Source: Planctomycetota bacterium
GTDB taxonomy: Bacteria; Planctomycetota; PLA2; JAEUHO01
Assembly (NCBI GenBank): GCA_965223505.1
Contig: CBDCWP010000013.1
Location: 128,001-192,000, forward strand
Direction: 5' to 3'
DNA length: 64,000 bases
Shown here: one piece after another, positions 1 through 10,283 of the stretch
How positions within the stretch are numbered: the first letter of the stretch is position 1
How the letters are laid out: each line of letters starts with the position of its first letter
Position numbers and translations under genes: made by a program
Notes under the pieces: model-generated
Seen by the model: only the letters and a program-made list of their open reading frames with translations
Databases searched by the model: none
Told to the model about the DNA's origin: nothing

Positions 1-461
1 CGCGCGTTGACGGGTTGGAGGGCATTCATATTCAGCCTGGGATGGGACGCTCGGAATCTGCAGTGCGCGCCGGGGAGCCGCCAAAGGCGCTCAGTCCGCT
101 GCAGCAGCCGCAGCGCCAGCCCGTGGTGCGCACGCATCCGGTGACCGGGAAGCGCGCCCTGTATATGTGCGAAGCTGGCCAGATGGACTGGGTGCAGGGG
201 CCATTTGCCGGCCTGGAGCCTGGGCCAGAGGGCGAAGGGGCGGAGCTGCTCTACACGCTCATGGCGCATTACACGCAGCCGCAATTTACCTACACCCATA
301 ACTGGGACGAGGGTGACCTGATCATTTATGATAATCGCACCCTGGTGCACGCCGCCACTTGGTTTGACGCCGAGAGTCACCCGCGGCTGATGTGGCGCAC
401 GACGGTCTTCGGCAATCCGGGCGAGGTTTATGCTGGCGAGACGAAAAGCTGGGTCGCGTGA
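1..461 (+). CDS. TauD/TfdA family 2-oxoglutarate-dependent dioxygenase, C-terminal part (5' end outside window)
   Basis: Motifs PVVRTHPVTGKRALY, W-x2-GDLIIYDNR-x3-H, RLMWRTT typical of the TauD C-terminus. Confidence 0.85.
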   Translation, partial: RVDGLEGIHIQPGMGRSESAVRAGEPPKALSPLQQPQRQPVVRTHPVTGKRALYMCEAGQMDWVQGPFAGLEPGPEGEGAELLYTLMAHYTQPQFTYTHNWDEGDLIIYDNRTLVHAATWFDAESHPRLMWRTTVFGNPGEVYAGETKSWVA

Positions 462-804
462 GGGCGCGCCTCATGCGTGATCAGACTGGGCGTCAGGAAT
501 GGAATCTATGTCAGTCCAAACCCTAATTTACGGGTTCCTCCTTTTATGGGGGGACCTTCTCTGCAACTCACTGCTGCTCATAACACCTTGGGATGCTTGT
601 CTTATTATGGCCCCAAAAGCCGCACCCGCTTAAAAGTCTATACGTTTCATGAGCCATACTTTGATCAACTAGCAGGCTGGACTGTCCAACCTCTACCTCG
701 CTATGGAGTCAAAAAGGTGGTGTCCCTTGGGACCGCATAGGTGATTGACCCCATGAGAAAGTATGGCAAAATAAAGTATCCCATTGAGATATACCTTTTA
801 TAAT

Positions 805-1107
805 TTATAGCAAACTTTTTGCGCCCTTTAACGTCAAAAAATAAATTGGCCCAGCACCTTGAGCTTTTAACAAACCATCTTCTTCCAGCTCCAAGGCTAT
901 ATTCATACTGCTAAGATCATCTATATTGCACTGACGCCCGATTTCGTAGATATCGATATTCAGAATTCGTGAATTTCTCGACTTAATAAAGCATTTCAAG
1001 AATTCTGCATGTTTTGGCGTCTTATAGTATCTATTTATCCTGACATACTTCATGCAATATAAGTATATAGCATAAAAGCATGACGACATGATATACAGTA
1101 TTAACAT
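805..1107 (-). CDS. Hypothetical AT-rich protein (N-terminal hydrophobic stretch, possible winged-helix-like C-terminus)
   Basis: 100-aa ORF in a low-GC patch; ends YFLTLKGAKSLL; no recognisable family. Confidence 0.4.
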   Translation of the reverse strand: MLILYIMSSCFYAIYLYCMKYVRINRYYKTPKHAEFLKCFIKSRNSRILNIDIYEIGRQCNIDDLSSMNIALELEEDGLLKAQGAGPIYFLTLKGAKSLL

Positions 1108-1193
1108 TTCTACACCTCTTTATTATACATTAACGACATGAAAATACATATCGTTTTTCATATATGATGTTTCCAATTATTCAGCCTCTTAGA

Positions 1194-1520
1194 TTATTTG
1201 ATTTCGATCTGATTGATAACCTCTTTAACGCCTGCAGTCTGTTTCGCCACATCGCTTGCCAGTTGGCGCTGTGACGCCGTTTCGACAAAGCCGTTCAATT
1301 GTATACGACCATTTGACGCCTCCACTTCGATGGCTGCAGCGCTCAACTTGGAAGTCTCGATGAGAGCTGCCTTAACCCTCATGGCCATGAGAATATCTTC
1401 TTGCGGCTTTTCTTCGACGCCTTCCATATCACTGAATAGACGAGCGCAGCCATTCAACGTGACGACAATCATTACTAAGGCGGCGCATAACAAAAATAGA
1501 TGTCGAGTATGCATCATCAT
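1194..1520 (-). CDS. BON-domain (OsmY-like) lipoprotein
   Basis: Lipobox LNGC; BON signature VKAAL...IEVEASNGRIQLNGFV...GVKEVINQI. Confidence 0.9.
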   Translation of the reverse strand: MMMHTRHLFLLCAALVMIVVTLNGCARLFSDMEGVEEKPQEDILMAMRVKAALIETSKLSAAAIEVEASNGRIQLNGFVETASQRQLASDVAKQTAGVKEVINQIEIK

Positions 1521-1527
1521 ACTTCTC

Positions 1528-4500
1528 TTAGCGTCCCTTGTTGATTGCAGCCATAAAATCAGAGCAATAGCGATTCTTGCTCTGATCCTTTGATGTGTCG
1601 GACTCCTCTGGATTGAGGAGTGGAATTAAGGCCGCGAGGGGGGCGACAGGCAACATCGCCAGTGAGGCAGCGCCGCGAATGAGAGCCGATGCTCCAGGAC
1701 GTATTCTGGGTTCGGCAAAGGTTCCTTGTATATGCAAAGGGGCGCGAGCGGAAAACAAACTCAAGTCCTTGGGTTTAGGATCGATGATCAGATCCATGCC
1801 TTCTTGAGTAAAATCGATGGCGCCATCACCCAGAAACAGGGTGTCGTCCGTATCGACCACAAACGTTTTCAGCTGTGCGACCCCTTGTTTGGCGTGTATA
1901 TCTGCAAAGGCGCAGTTGATGGCGAACTTTTCCTCTTGATCACCAAACAAGGCTGCCAGCGTCTCGCCGAGATCAAGGCCGGCAAGCTCGACCAGCAAAT
2001 CGTCGAAGCGGCCACCCGTCATCAGGAGTAAGAGGCCGCCATCTGCGGAAGCAAGCATGTCGGCGACAGAGTCGCCTTGGAGCCACATTTTGGCCTGTCC
2101 CCCAATGATGCCGGCGCTCTCGTCGGCGATGTCGAAATGGGCGACGATGTCCTTAAGGCTGACATGTCTGATCTCCACGTCGATATTCGCCTTAGGCGGT
2201 TGCGTTCGCGTGTCGAGTTCGATGCGCGAGCGCACCTTGCCGCTGGCAACGCCAAAGTCGAGAGGCTTAAGCGTCAGGCGACCTGCCTCAATGGTGATCT
2301 CGGTCGTGAGATTGTCCAGGGGCAAAACCGTTTTGATATGCTGGCTGCGCAGCTTGATGGCGGCGTCAAGGCGGCGCAGATTGTCGAAATTGATGGGCTT
2401 CTTGGGCAACACGGTGGGGCTGGCGTCTTCCTCGACTTGTTCGCGCTTTTGTTCAGCCGACGCCGTTTCGCCTCCTTCAGCCTCAGGCGCCTTACCGATG
2501 AGCGGGGCGAGATCGTCGAAATCAAGGCGGCGCGAATCCAGCTCCGCCTGCGCAAAAGGCCGCTCGCCGCCCAGCTTAATCCTCATGTCGCCCGACAGCT
2601 CGCTATCGCCCACCTGCCCTGTAAAATTCGACAACGTCCACATCTGCTCTTGATTGACGAGTTGCCCTCGTAACTTGTAGGGCGGTAAGGGAGGCAACGG
2701 CAATCCAAGCAGCGGAGATAGGCGTTTCGGATTGGGGCCGGCCATCGTGAGATGCATGTCCACGCGCGGCAGCGTCAGTGGATTGAATACCCGGCCCTTG
2801 GCGTGCGCCTCAGTCTGCGCGACGGTGATCGAAGCGTCCAATGCATAGGGCTTGTCCGTGTCGCGCAAGTTAAGCAGGGGATCGCCTTGAAAACGTAATG
2901 TAAAAGGTTCTTGTTGGTATGTCCCCTGAGCGTCAATGCGCACCGCCTGAGACTGGTTGTCCAGATTTGTCATCTCAATGCTGGCCTCAACATCGATATG
3001 GCGCGCTTGATCTCTATAAGCTAGCCGGCTTTTCTTGATGGCCAAACGACCTAGAAACGGCATGGCGATGTCAGGCGCAGCTTGCGTGTGGTCGACGCCA
3101 GTCGCCACCAGATTGAGGTCGCCGCTCAATACGCCAAAGGGATGATTTGTCTCAACAAACGGTTGCAGAACCTTCCCTAGGTCCAAACGTTTAATACGAC
3201 TTCGAACCGCGCCACGCCAGGGCTGATCCGTCGCGCCTGGCGCCAGCTCAGCCTGCATCTGAAGATCGACTCCGTCAGACAATACGGTCATTTGCTCGAC
3301 GTTCCAGGCATCCGATGCGCGCCGAAAAGTTCCCTTGAGTTGATAGTCAGAGAGGGGCGGCAGCCATGCCCCCAGGAGAGGCTTAAGAGTGGTTAGATCT
3401 TCCCCTTGAATATCCACCTGCGTCGCCAGGGATGGGTCGTCCAGGTTCGCGTGTAGCTGAATCTGGGCGCCCTGGAGCGCCACATCGGCTGACACCGTAT
3501 AATTGGACTCTGGATCAGGGACGAGGCGCGACAGCGAATCGGCTTCAGCATGAATGTCAATCTTCTCGCCTCGGTAGCGCCCCTGTCCTGTGATCTTGAT
3601 TACGGACTTGCCATTGGTGTGTTCCGGACGGATTGCCACCTCGATGTCCGCCTCTGCGGTAGGATCGCGATAGCGCAACTCGCTGCTTTCGACATGAAGG
3701 CGTCGCAGCAGTGATGAGGGCGTCAGGGGCGTTGCAGGAGCGTCGGTTGAGGCCAGAGCCAGGTTGAGCCTGCCGTCCAGCGCCCCGGCTTTCCCAATGC
3801 CCATCCCCAACAGGGTGAGCATTCGATCAACGCCCGCTTGCTCGAATTCCACCTTGAGTTCCCCTTGAATAGGGCCCGAACTCGCATCAAGCGTCGCCTG
3901 CGCTCGCATAACGCCATCGCCAATAGCGAGTCGTAAGGGGGCGATGCGCAACTGACCCGATTGAAGCGTCGCCTCGACCGCGATCTCATTGAGCGTCCCC
4001 GCTTGCAGAACAAGGCTCTGGATCTGCCATGAGACATTTGCGTCGAACGCGCGCAGCAGTTGCGTATCAAGAGGGGTCTCGGCCTCGCGCGAATGCGCAT
4101 CCAGGGCGGCATTCGTGCTGAGCGCGGCCTGTAATTGAGCCGCATGGAGCGTCTGCGACGCGAGGGACGCCTGCAGCATGGGACGCCCGTCTATGATGTC
4201 GAGCGTCGCCTGGCCGGTGAGATAGCTCTGGCCCAGAGACGCCTGGAGCTTCTTGAGGCGCCACTGGTTGTCGAGCCGTGAGAGTTGCGCCTGCACCTGG
4301 TGGGGCGGCAACGCGCCTACTCCTTCGCCCTGCGCCTCGATGGCGAGATCAAGGCCATTGAGCTGCAGCGGTTGCTCAATGGCGCCTTCGATCTTTACCG
4401 TGGTCGACGGCGCCTTGACCTGTATGGCGACGGGGTAAGGTTCGTCATGTTGCCGAAGCTCGAGGGCCGATCCGCTTTGCGCCTGAAAGTGAAGTGGCTT

Positions 4501-5085
4501 TCCCCCAACCGTCCCTTTCCCCTGCAGGTTCAGGGTGTCATGGCCAGCCCGGTCGCGGACGGTCGTTATGGTCGCCGTCATCTCGGTGGCGCTAGATAAA
4601 TCGCGGTAAACCACACGTCCTTCTTCAATCCGCAAGTGTTTGATCGTCGGCAGCTCTAAGCGCTCTTCCGGCGCCGCGGCTTCGTCCTCCGTGACCGGGT
4701 CGGCTCCAAACACCCAGTTGGGCCTACCTGCGGCGGAGATTTCCAAAACCACACGGGGTCGGGTGAGGCGCAATTCCGGAATGACGAGGCGACCTGTAAA
4801 TAGCGCTAGGAGGTCGAGGCGAATTTCGAGCGCCGCCAGTTCCAACATGTGCGCCTCCTGGCTCCAGGAGGCGTTGGCAAAACGTATCTGCTCAGCGCGG
4901 ATGCGAGGCTCTAAGGACCATTCGATATTTAAGTCGCCCGCGATCGCGAGGGAGCGACCGGTCATTTGACTCACCTGGCGCGCAGCGTAATCACGAACTA
5001 CGTTCCAATCAAGCAAAAAAAGCAGTAATACCAACAGAAGCAAGAGTGAGCCCAGCGCAATGCCTAGCCATTTAATCAGAGTCAT
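1528..5085 (-). CDS. AsmA-family (YhjG-like) protein, extended by internal repeats, ~1185 aa
   Basis: N-terminal TM plus DWN...TGR-x-LAIAGDL AsmA start; C-terminal INCAFAD...FVVDTDDT...PKPKDLSLFSARAPLHIQGTF; start set at MTLIKW. Confidence 0.88.
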   Translation of the reverse strand: MTLIKWLGIALGSLLLLLVLLLFLLDWNVVRDYAARQVSQMTGRSLAIAGDLNIEWSLEPRIRAEQIRFANASWSQEAHMLELAALEIRLDLLALFTGRLVIPELRLTRPRVVLEISAAGRPNWVFGADPVTEDEAAAPEERLELPTIKHLRIEEGRVVYRDLSSATEMTATITTVRDRAGHDTLNLQGKGTVGGKPLHFQAQSGSALELRQHDEPYPVAIQVKAPSTTVKIEGAIEQPLQLNGLDLAIEAQGEGVGALPPHQVQAQLSRLDNQWRLKKLQASLGQSYLTGQATLDIIDGRPMLQASLASQTLHAAQLQAALSTNAALDAHSREAETPLDTQLLRAFDANVSWQIQSLVLQAGTLNEIAVEATLQSGQLRIAPLRLAIGDGVMRAQATLDASSGPIQGELKVEFEQAGVDRMLTLLGMGIGKAGALDGRLNLALASTDAPATPLTPSSLLRRLHVESSELRYRDPTAEADIEVAIRPEHTNGKSVIKITGQGRYRGEKIDIHAEADSLSRLVPDPESNYTVSADVALQGAQIQLHANLDDPSLATQVDIQGEDLTTLKPLLGAWLPPLSDYQLKGTFRRASDAWNVEQMTVLSDGVDLQMQAELAPGATDQPWRGAVRSRIKRLDLGKVLQPFVETNHPFGVLSGDLNLVATGVDHTQAAPDIAMPFLGRLAIKKSRLAYRDQARHIDVEASIEMTNLDNQSQAVRIDAQGTYQQEPFTLRFQGDPLLNLRDTDKPYALDASITVAQTEAHAKGRVFNPLTLPRVDMHLTMAGPNPKRLSPLLGLPLPPLPPYKLRGQLVNQEQMWTLSNFTGQVGDSELSGDMRIKLGGERPFAQAELDSRRLDFDDLAPLIGKAPEAEGGETASAEQKREQVEEDASPTVLPKKPINFDNLRRLDAAIKLRSQHIKTVLPLDNLTTEITIEAGRLTLKPLDFGVASGKVRSRIELDTRTQPPKANIDVEIRHVSLKDIVAHFDIADESAGIIGGQAKMWLQGDSVADMLASADGGLLLLMTGGRFDDLLVELAGLDLGETLAALFGDQEEKFAINCAFADIHAKQGVAQLKTFVVDTDDTLFLGDGAIDFTQEGMDLIIDPKPKDLSLFSARAPLHIQGTFAEPRIRPGASALIRGAASLAMLPVAPLAALIPLLNPEESDTSKDQSKNRYCSDFMAAINKGR

Positions 5086-5211
5086 AGACAAATTTCCGCG
5101 AGAATAGAGGGGCTCGGTCTGCACATGATCTACAGAGATCGAAGACAAGGGCGCCGACTCACCGCCAGCTTCGACTTCCTCACGTTACTTTCGTGTTATC
5201 ACATAGCAATA

Positions 5212-5225
5212 GCAATTTTTATGCC
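5212..5225 (-). promoter_or_regulatory. sigma-54 -24/-12 promoter for asmA-BON
   Basis: Minus strand AGGCATAAAAATTGCT. Confidence 0.75.
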
Positions 5226-5280
5226 TAACCCTAATAAAACGATGGAATACGAAAATGAAGATCTTGAGCAGTTTAAATAC

Positions 5281-5314
5281 GCTCAAAACGAGATAGACTC
5301 CTCTCATTTTGAGA
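5281..5314. promoter_or_regulatory. Tandem palindromic putative enhancer (UAS) pair, 21-bp period
   Basis: GCTCAAAACGAGA (5281) and TCTCATTTTGAGA (5302), between divergent sigma-54 motifs. Confidence 0.7.
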
Positions 5315-5478
5315 GGAGTACTTCGGTTGAAAGCTCGACGTATGTCCTCCTCTCTCTCGAGATTAAAAAAGCTTAAGAGAAAGCGGCGCGCCTGTGGGAT
5401 GTTTCCAACAGACGTTGAGGCCCATCTCGCCCGCGCATTAGCCGGGGGCATTAATATACATGGGGATCTCGGCGTTTT

Positions 5479-5492
5479 GGCATGTTCTTTGC
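5479..5492 (+). promoter_or_regulatory. sigma-54 promoter for AI-2E transporter
   Basis: TTGGCATGTTCTTTGCC. Confidence 0.75.
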
Positions 5493-5578
5493 CTCGCAGC
5501 ACAGCCAAACGGCGCCATTGACGCCCATCATCACACAAGGGGCGCCTGAAGCTCCCCAGTACGCTTCGGAGGGAAAAG

Positions 5579-6673
5579 ATGCCCGACTTGTTCACCCAGG
5601 GGCTCCTACGGCTCGCCTCGATTTTCATTATTCTATGGGGCATCCGAGCTGCTCAGCCCATCGCCGCGCCTCTCATCTTTGCATTATTCTTGATGGGTGT
5701 TTGTTGGCCCCTCTATCGATGGGTTCAGCGTCTGGCGCCGCGAGTTGTGGCTGCGGCGATTGCCCTGCTCGTCTGTTTGATCGCGCTTGGAGGGATCGGC
5801 GGCGGTCTGTACTACAGCGGCGTTCAGATCGCGGGCGATTCCCAAAAGATGGCGCAACTGATCTCTTTGGAGGCCCTGCAACTGCGCTCCTTGGCCGAGG
5901 GGCTGGGGGTGCCGATTCCGCCCCCAGAGAAGGCCGCGTCTGCCGTCGGGACTTTTCTCAAGTACCTATCCTCGCAGGCGCTTTCAGCCAGCACAGGGCT
6001 TTTTCTGGCGCTCACTTTTTTGATGTTGGGTTTGCTCGAAGCGCCAGCCTTTCGCACGAAGCTCGTCGGCAATCGCGCCGATAGCGCTCTGCTTCACAGT
6101 CTGTCGGAAATCGCTTCAGATTTTCAGCGATATATCGCCGCCCGCACGTTTTTGGGGTTGTTGACCGGCCTCCTGAGCGGGCTCGGGGCCTGGGCCATTG
6201 GTCTCGACTATCCTTTTATCTGGGGTCTGACGAATTTTCTCCTCAACTATTTTCCAACCATTGGCTCGATTCTTGGCGTCATCCCATCCACGCTGTATGC
6301 GCTGGCCCAATCAGATGGCGGCGCAGGGTTGGCCCTGGCCGCGCTCGGCGTCATCGGCGGCGTCCAGCTCATCATGGGAAATTACATCGACCCGCTCGTG
6401 CAAGGGCGCGTCTTGTCGCTATCGCCTCTCATTGTGCTGTTATCAGTGGCGTTTTGGGGGTGGATGTGGGGTGTGGCGGGCGCGTTTATCGGCGTGCCGA
6501 TCACGATTGCGATCGTTTTGATCTGTCGACGTTTTGCGTCCACCCGGTGGATTGCCACGCTTCTGGCTGGGACCAACGATGACAACGCCACTCCGATTGT
6601 TTGCGATCTGCGCGTCACAAGGCGACAGCAAGAGGGCGATGTCCCGACATCAACAACGCTCGGCAATAAATAG
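5579..6673 (+). CDS. AI-2E (PerM/TqsA) family transporter
   Basis: Multi-TM; WGLTNFLLNYFPTIG, GNYIDP...LSPL...FWGWMWGVAGAFIGVP. Confidence 0.9.
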   Translation: MPDLFTQGLLRLASIFIILWGIRAAQPIAAPLIFALFLMGVCWPLYRWVQRLAPRVVAAAIALLVCLIALGGIGGGLYYSGVQIAGDSQKMAQLISLEALQLRSLAEGLGVPIPPPEKAASAVGTFLKYLSSQALSASTGLFLALTFLMLGLLEAPAFRTKLVGNRADSALLHSLSEIASDFQRYIAARTFLGLLTGLLSGLGAWAIGLDYPFIWGLTNFLLNYFPTIGSILGVIPSTLYALAQSDGGAGLALAALGVIGGVQLIMGNYIDPLVQGRVLSLSPLIVLLSVAFWGWMWGVAGAFIGVPITIAIVLICRRFASTRWIATLLAGTNDDNATPIVCDLRVTRRQQEGDVPTSTTLGNK

Positions 6674-8266
6674 AGAGGCGCAAGGCGAAGATGGGCCTTG
6701 GTGATAAACCAAGACAGCGTCCTCGATGTCCCGGTCAGCGACTGTAAACCGGTCGCGCTGTCTCAAGTATTCGCCCCAGGTTTCCACGATAAACGATTCG
6801 AGATAACGGCCAGTTTCAGCCGCATCAGCAAAAACGCCCCAGCGCAGGGCGCCGTCCCGGCGGCGTATCCTGCCGAGCTGACGGATGGCAAGAAAAAAAG
6901 CCTCACATTGATCTGGGTCAATCTGATAGTCGATGGTGACCAAAACCGGGCCTTTTTCATCATCGGGCTCTTCCTCTATGTCCGGCGTAGGCCAATGTCG
7001 GGAGGGGCTCGTGTCATAGTCGCTGCTGGTGACGAGTGGACAACGATGCGTCGCAGCCAGAGCAACCAGCGCGCCGCCCGCTGCGACCCACAGGGTTGCC
7101 CCAATGCCGATCCGGTCGGCCACCGCCCCCCAGAGGGCGCTGCCGCCGGCCATGCCCCCAAAAAACACGAGGATATAGGCGGCCAGGGCGCGGCCTCGCA
7201 CCCAGGTGGGCAAGGCCGCTTGGGCGCTGGCGCTGAACGACGTAAGCAAGATGAGCCAGGCGCTTCCGCCTAACAGCATGATCAGACAAAACAGGACTGA
7301 CGCCTTGACCAGCCCAGCGAGCGCGAGAACGAGGGCGAAGATCATGGTCGCTGTTGCAACGAGATGTTCCCGCGTGAAATGGGGTTGTAAACGCGGCAGG
7401 ACGAATGTGCTGAGGGACGCGCCAAGACCAAAGCAACCGAGCACGAGTCCATAGCCAGATGCGCCTTGCCCCAGGTGTTCGCGCACAACGAGCGGCAGCA
7501 TTGCCCAGAGGGCGCTGCCGCAGAGCATGAAGGCGCCGGCGCGCGCCATGACAGACCACATAGCCGGGGCGTGCCAAACGTAGCGGAGCCCAGCTTGCAT
7601 CGCGCCCCAAAAGTGTTCTGCCGGCAAGCGCGTTCGGCGTTGGGAACGCCGCCAGGTATAGAACACAACGATGACGCCCAAAAACGAGACGGCATTAAGT
7701 AGGAAGAGAACAGCCGGCCCCAATGCGGCCATGAGAAATCCGCCCAAAACGGGACCGAGCGCCCGCGCGACATTGACCGACGCCGTTTTGAGAGAAATGG
7801 CCCCTGACAGGTCTTCGCGCGGCACGAGTTCCGCCGTAACGGCGCGGCGAGCAGGCGAGTTGAAGGCCAGCCCAAGGCTCATCACCCCCGTTAAGCTCAG
7901 CAAGAGCCACGGGGTCATCACGCCGAGCCATACGGCGACGCCATAGCCCAGAGCGGTGAGACAGACCCAACTTTGCGTGATTAAGAGCAAGCGGCGTCGA
8001 TCGATCACGTCGGCCAACACGCCGGCCGGCAGCGCAAAGAGCACCATGGGGAGACTGGTCGCCACTTGCACCAGCGCCACCATGACAGGAGAAGGGGACA
8101 ACGTGGTCATCAGCCACGCCCCGCCGACGTCCTGCATCCAATTGCCAATATTGGATATGAAGGTTGCAATCCACAGCCACCGAAATACGGCGTGGCGCAG
8201 CGGACGCCAGGCGCTTGCCTGACGCTGCTCGTCTCCCTCGCCATGAGGCTTCGAACACGGCGCCAT
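6650..8266 (-). CDS. MFS transporter (MFS_3 type) with soluble C-terminal extension
   Basis: FRWLWIATFISNIGNWMQ, AGVLADVIDRRRLL, C-terminal GPVLVTIDY...RIRRRDGALRWG; RBS GGAGG before 8266. Confidence 0.9.
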   Translation of the reverse strand: MAPCSKPHGEGDEQRQASAWRPLRHAVFRWLWIATFISNIGNWMQDVGGAWLMTTLSPSPVMVALVQVATSLPMVLFALPAGVLADVIDRRRLLLITQSWVCLTALGYGVAVWLGVMTPWLLLSLTGVMSLGLAFNSPARRAVTAELVPREDLSGAISLKTASVNVARALGPVLGGFLMAALGPAVLFLLNAVSFLGVIVVFYTWRRSQRRTRLPAEHFWGAMQAGLRYVWHAPAMWSVMARAGAFMLCGSALWAMLPLVVREHLGQGASGYGLVLGCFGLGASLSTFVLPRLQPHFTREHLVATATMIFALVLALAGLVKASVLFCLIMLLGGSAWLILLTSFSASAQAALPTWVRGRALAAYILVFFGGMAGGSALWGAVADRIGIGATLWVAAGGALVALAATHRCPLVTSSDYDTSPSRHWPTPDIEEEPDDEKGPVLVTIDYQIDPDQCEAFFLAIRQLGRIRRRDGALRWGVFADAAETGRYLESFIVETWGEYLRQRDRFTVADRDIEDAVLVYHQGPSSPCASLFIAERC

Positions 8267-8307
8267 GATTTCCTCCTTTGCAAGACTCCAGTAGCCAAGG
8301 GGAGCTA

Positions 8308-8320
8308 TCCCATTTTGAGA
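8308..8320. promoter_or_regulatory. Single copy of the TCTCA-N3-TGAGA-like palindrome
   Basis: TCCCATTTTGAGA upstream of the MFS gene. Confidence 0.45.
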
Positions 8321-8354
8321 CAAGCCGCTCGTTACATGCCTGAGGCGGACCGGA

Positions 8355-8900
8355 ATGGCAGACCATTGGCGGGTGATTCACTTGCCGGAAACGCTGGTGC
8401 GGCTGTTGGGCCATGTCGCGAATTGGCATGAGGATTTTGCGGATCGTTGGTCCACCGGCGAGCATCGACGGGATCGCGACCAGTTTCTGGGCTGGATCGC
8501 CGAGCACCAACGGCGATACCCAATGCAACGCGTCGTGCTCTTAGGAGGCGACATCCATATCGGCTGTGTCCACGAGATCCGCTGGGCGCGGCAGGGACCT
8601 AAACTCTATCAGTTAATCTCAAGCGGCATTACGAACGATACGGGCGCGCTGACGCAATACCTCTCCACACTTATCATCCGCTTGAATCATGAGGCGAGCA
8701 CAGCCGATGGAGCGCTACGCGCCAAGGTGCGCTTGCTCAAAGGCGCGGGCCGACAACGCAGGAATCCCTATGGCGGCTTGAATGTCGGCGTCCTTGAAAT
8801 TGAGACCCCGACATCGGGAGACGCGCCAAACCTGCGCTTTTACCTTTACAGACACCGCGGAGAGGAGCCCGTCTGTGTCTACCGCTCAGTGCTGGTTTAA
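8355..8900 (+). pseudogene. PhoD-like metallophosphatase, C-terminal fragment
   Basis: D-x-W...VVLLGGDIHIG...YQLISSGI motifs; N-terminal catalytic half absent (MFS start lies 90 bp upstream on the opposite strand). Confidence 0.6.
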
Positions 8901-8906
8901 CCATGA

Positions 8907-9268
8907 TCAGGAGAGTGACTCTGGCGCGCCATTGGGCTCCGGCTCTTCGGGTTGAGCCAAGATGGCGTTGGTGACCGCGCTGATCGCCACACTCCGTATC
9001 GCACCGAATAGACTGGTCTGCACGAAAGACAACAGAGGCGATTTCGAACTCGGCTGATCGGTTGTCTTTCGGGACGGTAATAGGCCTGACGCCATGAACC
9101 CGGCTAGGACGCCGGCGCCCACTGATGGCCAAGGATGCGCCTGTGTCCACGCCTGCACGTCGGCGGCCGTTTTCGCCGTCTCACGCATCTCGGCAAAGGT
9201 CTGCTGCATAGCTTGCTTTGCCTCCTCGGCTTGTCGCCGTAAGAACGCGGCTTCATCGCGCTCGTCAT
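8907..9268 (-). CDS. DUF883/DUF3618-like membrane-anchored protein (start uncertain, possible 1-nt frameshift at start)
   Basis: Helical N-terminus then HPWPSVGAGVLAGF motif; an ATGA overlap with the upstream stop is one base out of frame. Confidence 0.6.
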
Positions 9269-9753
9269 GCCTCTGTATGGTTAGCGCGGCCGGCGGCGCT
9301 GCGCCCAAATTGTAAGTGCTGTTGTTGCTGTCGTTCGGCATAATCTTGAACTCTCTGGGCATGGGCTCGCCCCTGAATACGGGATTTGCCGATAAGCACC
9401 GCAATCCCAAACAAGATGAGGAGTCCGAGCCCTACGATAAGTTGACCTAACCACAAGACCCCGCCAACAGCCGCGCCCACGCCTGAGGACAATCCGGTCA
9501 AAAAGAGAATCACCGCCATGACAAGGGCGCTCACAGCGGCGATGGCGCCTAGAATGCCAACGACCGCCCATAGGGCGGCTTGACGTCCGGACATCTTGAG
9601 AAGATCGAGTTGGGCCCGGATATAATGTGAAAAATAGGCGTACAGTTCGACGCCTTGCTGTAACAGGGTATGCAAGGCTTCTTGCGCCTCTGAAGCGGCG
9701 GTGTTAGGCGCTTCCGCCTCAGAGGACATTGTGGGATCTGCGTGCTCGCTCAT
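9265..9753 (-). CDS. Two-TM holin-like (Phage_holin_3_6/YqjE-like) membrane protein
   Basis: Two long hydrophobic helices; lies in DUF883-BON operon context. Confidence 0.65.
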   Translation of the reverse strand: MSEHADPTMSSEAEAPNTAASEAQEALHTLLQQGVELYAYFSHYIRAQLDLLKMSGRQAALWAVVGILGAIAAVSALVMAVILFLTGLSSGVGAAVGGVLWLGQLIVGLGLLILFGIAVLIGKSRIQGRAHAQRVQDYAERQQQQHLQFGRSAAGRANHTEA

Positions 9754-9810
9754 ATCTGACTCATTGCGTTAGTTGGTCGCTCTGGCATCGCCGCCAGCGG
9801 GCGTCTTCAA

Positions 9811-9841
9811 GCCTGAAAGCGCTCCAACAACGCTTTCAGGC
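9811..9841. terminator. Intra-operon hairpin after BON gene
   Basis: GCCTGAAAGCG-9nt-CGCTTTCAGGC, 11-bp stem. Confidence 0.55.
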
Positions 9842-9858
9842 CGATGGCGACCCAACGG

Positions 9859-10173
9859 CTACTTGACAATCAGGTTGTTTTTGACCTCTTGAACGCCTCG
9901 CACACTCCGCGCAATTTGTTCCGCTTTCTTAGCCTGAGCCATGGTGTCGACGAAACCGCCGAGTTGCACCGTACCCTTAAAGGTCTCAACTTCAACCTGC
10001 AAACCCTTGACCTCCTCGTCTGCTAGCAGCGCCGTTTTGACCTTTGACGCAATGACGCCGTCATCAATCATTTCTCCAGCGCTTTTTTGAGTTCGAGTCC
10101 CAGCGCAACCCAGCATCGTCGCGACGATGCTGACCAAGAGCGCGAGCATAATAGAAGAGATTACTTTCCGCAT
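9859..10173 (-). CDS. BON-domain (OsmY-like) lipoprotein
   Basis: Lipobox LGC; GEMIDDGVIASKVKTALL...VETFKGTVQLGGFV...GVQEVKNNL; RBS GGAGG. Confidence 0.93.
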   Translation of the reverse strand: MRKVISSIMLALLVSIVATMLGCAGTRTQKSAGEMIDDGVIASKVKTALLADEEVKGLQVEVETFKGTVQLGGFVDTMAQAKKAEQIARSVRGVQEVKNNLIVK

Positions 10174-10283
10174 ACTTTATATCCTCCAAGCTAGCCAGTC
10201 AGTTAGTCTTGATACAAACGGCGCCGCCATTTGACATGGTCATCAACAATTCTGTCGAGGCCGAGCGCCAACGCCCGCATACA

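Noticed and set aside
5125..5643. Short ORFs across promoter regions (also 11306-11554, 15657-16022, 27095-27532, 49098-49505)
   Set aside because: Overlap promoter/UAS DNA, lack RBS and recognisable protein features
8327..8340. AGGCATGTAACGAGC upstream of MFS
   Set aside because: Correct spacing but lacks TT before GC; too weak to count
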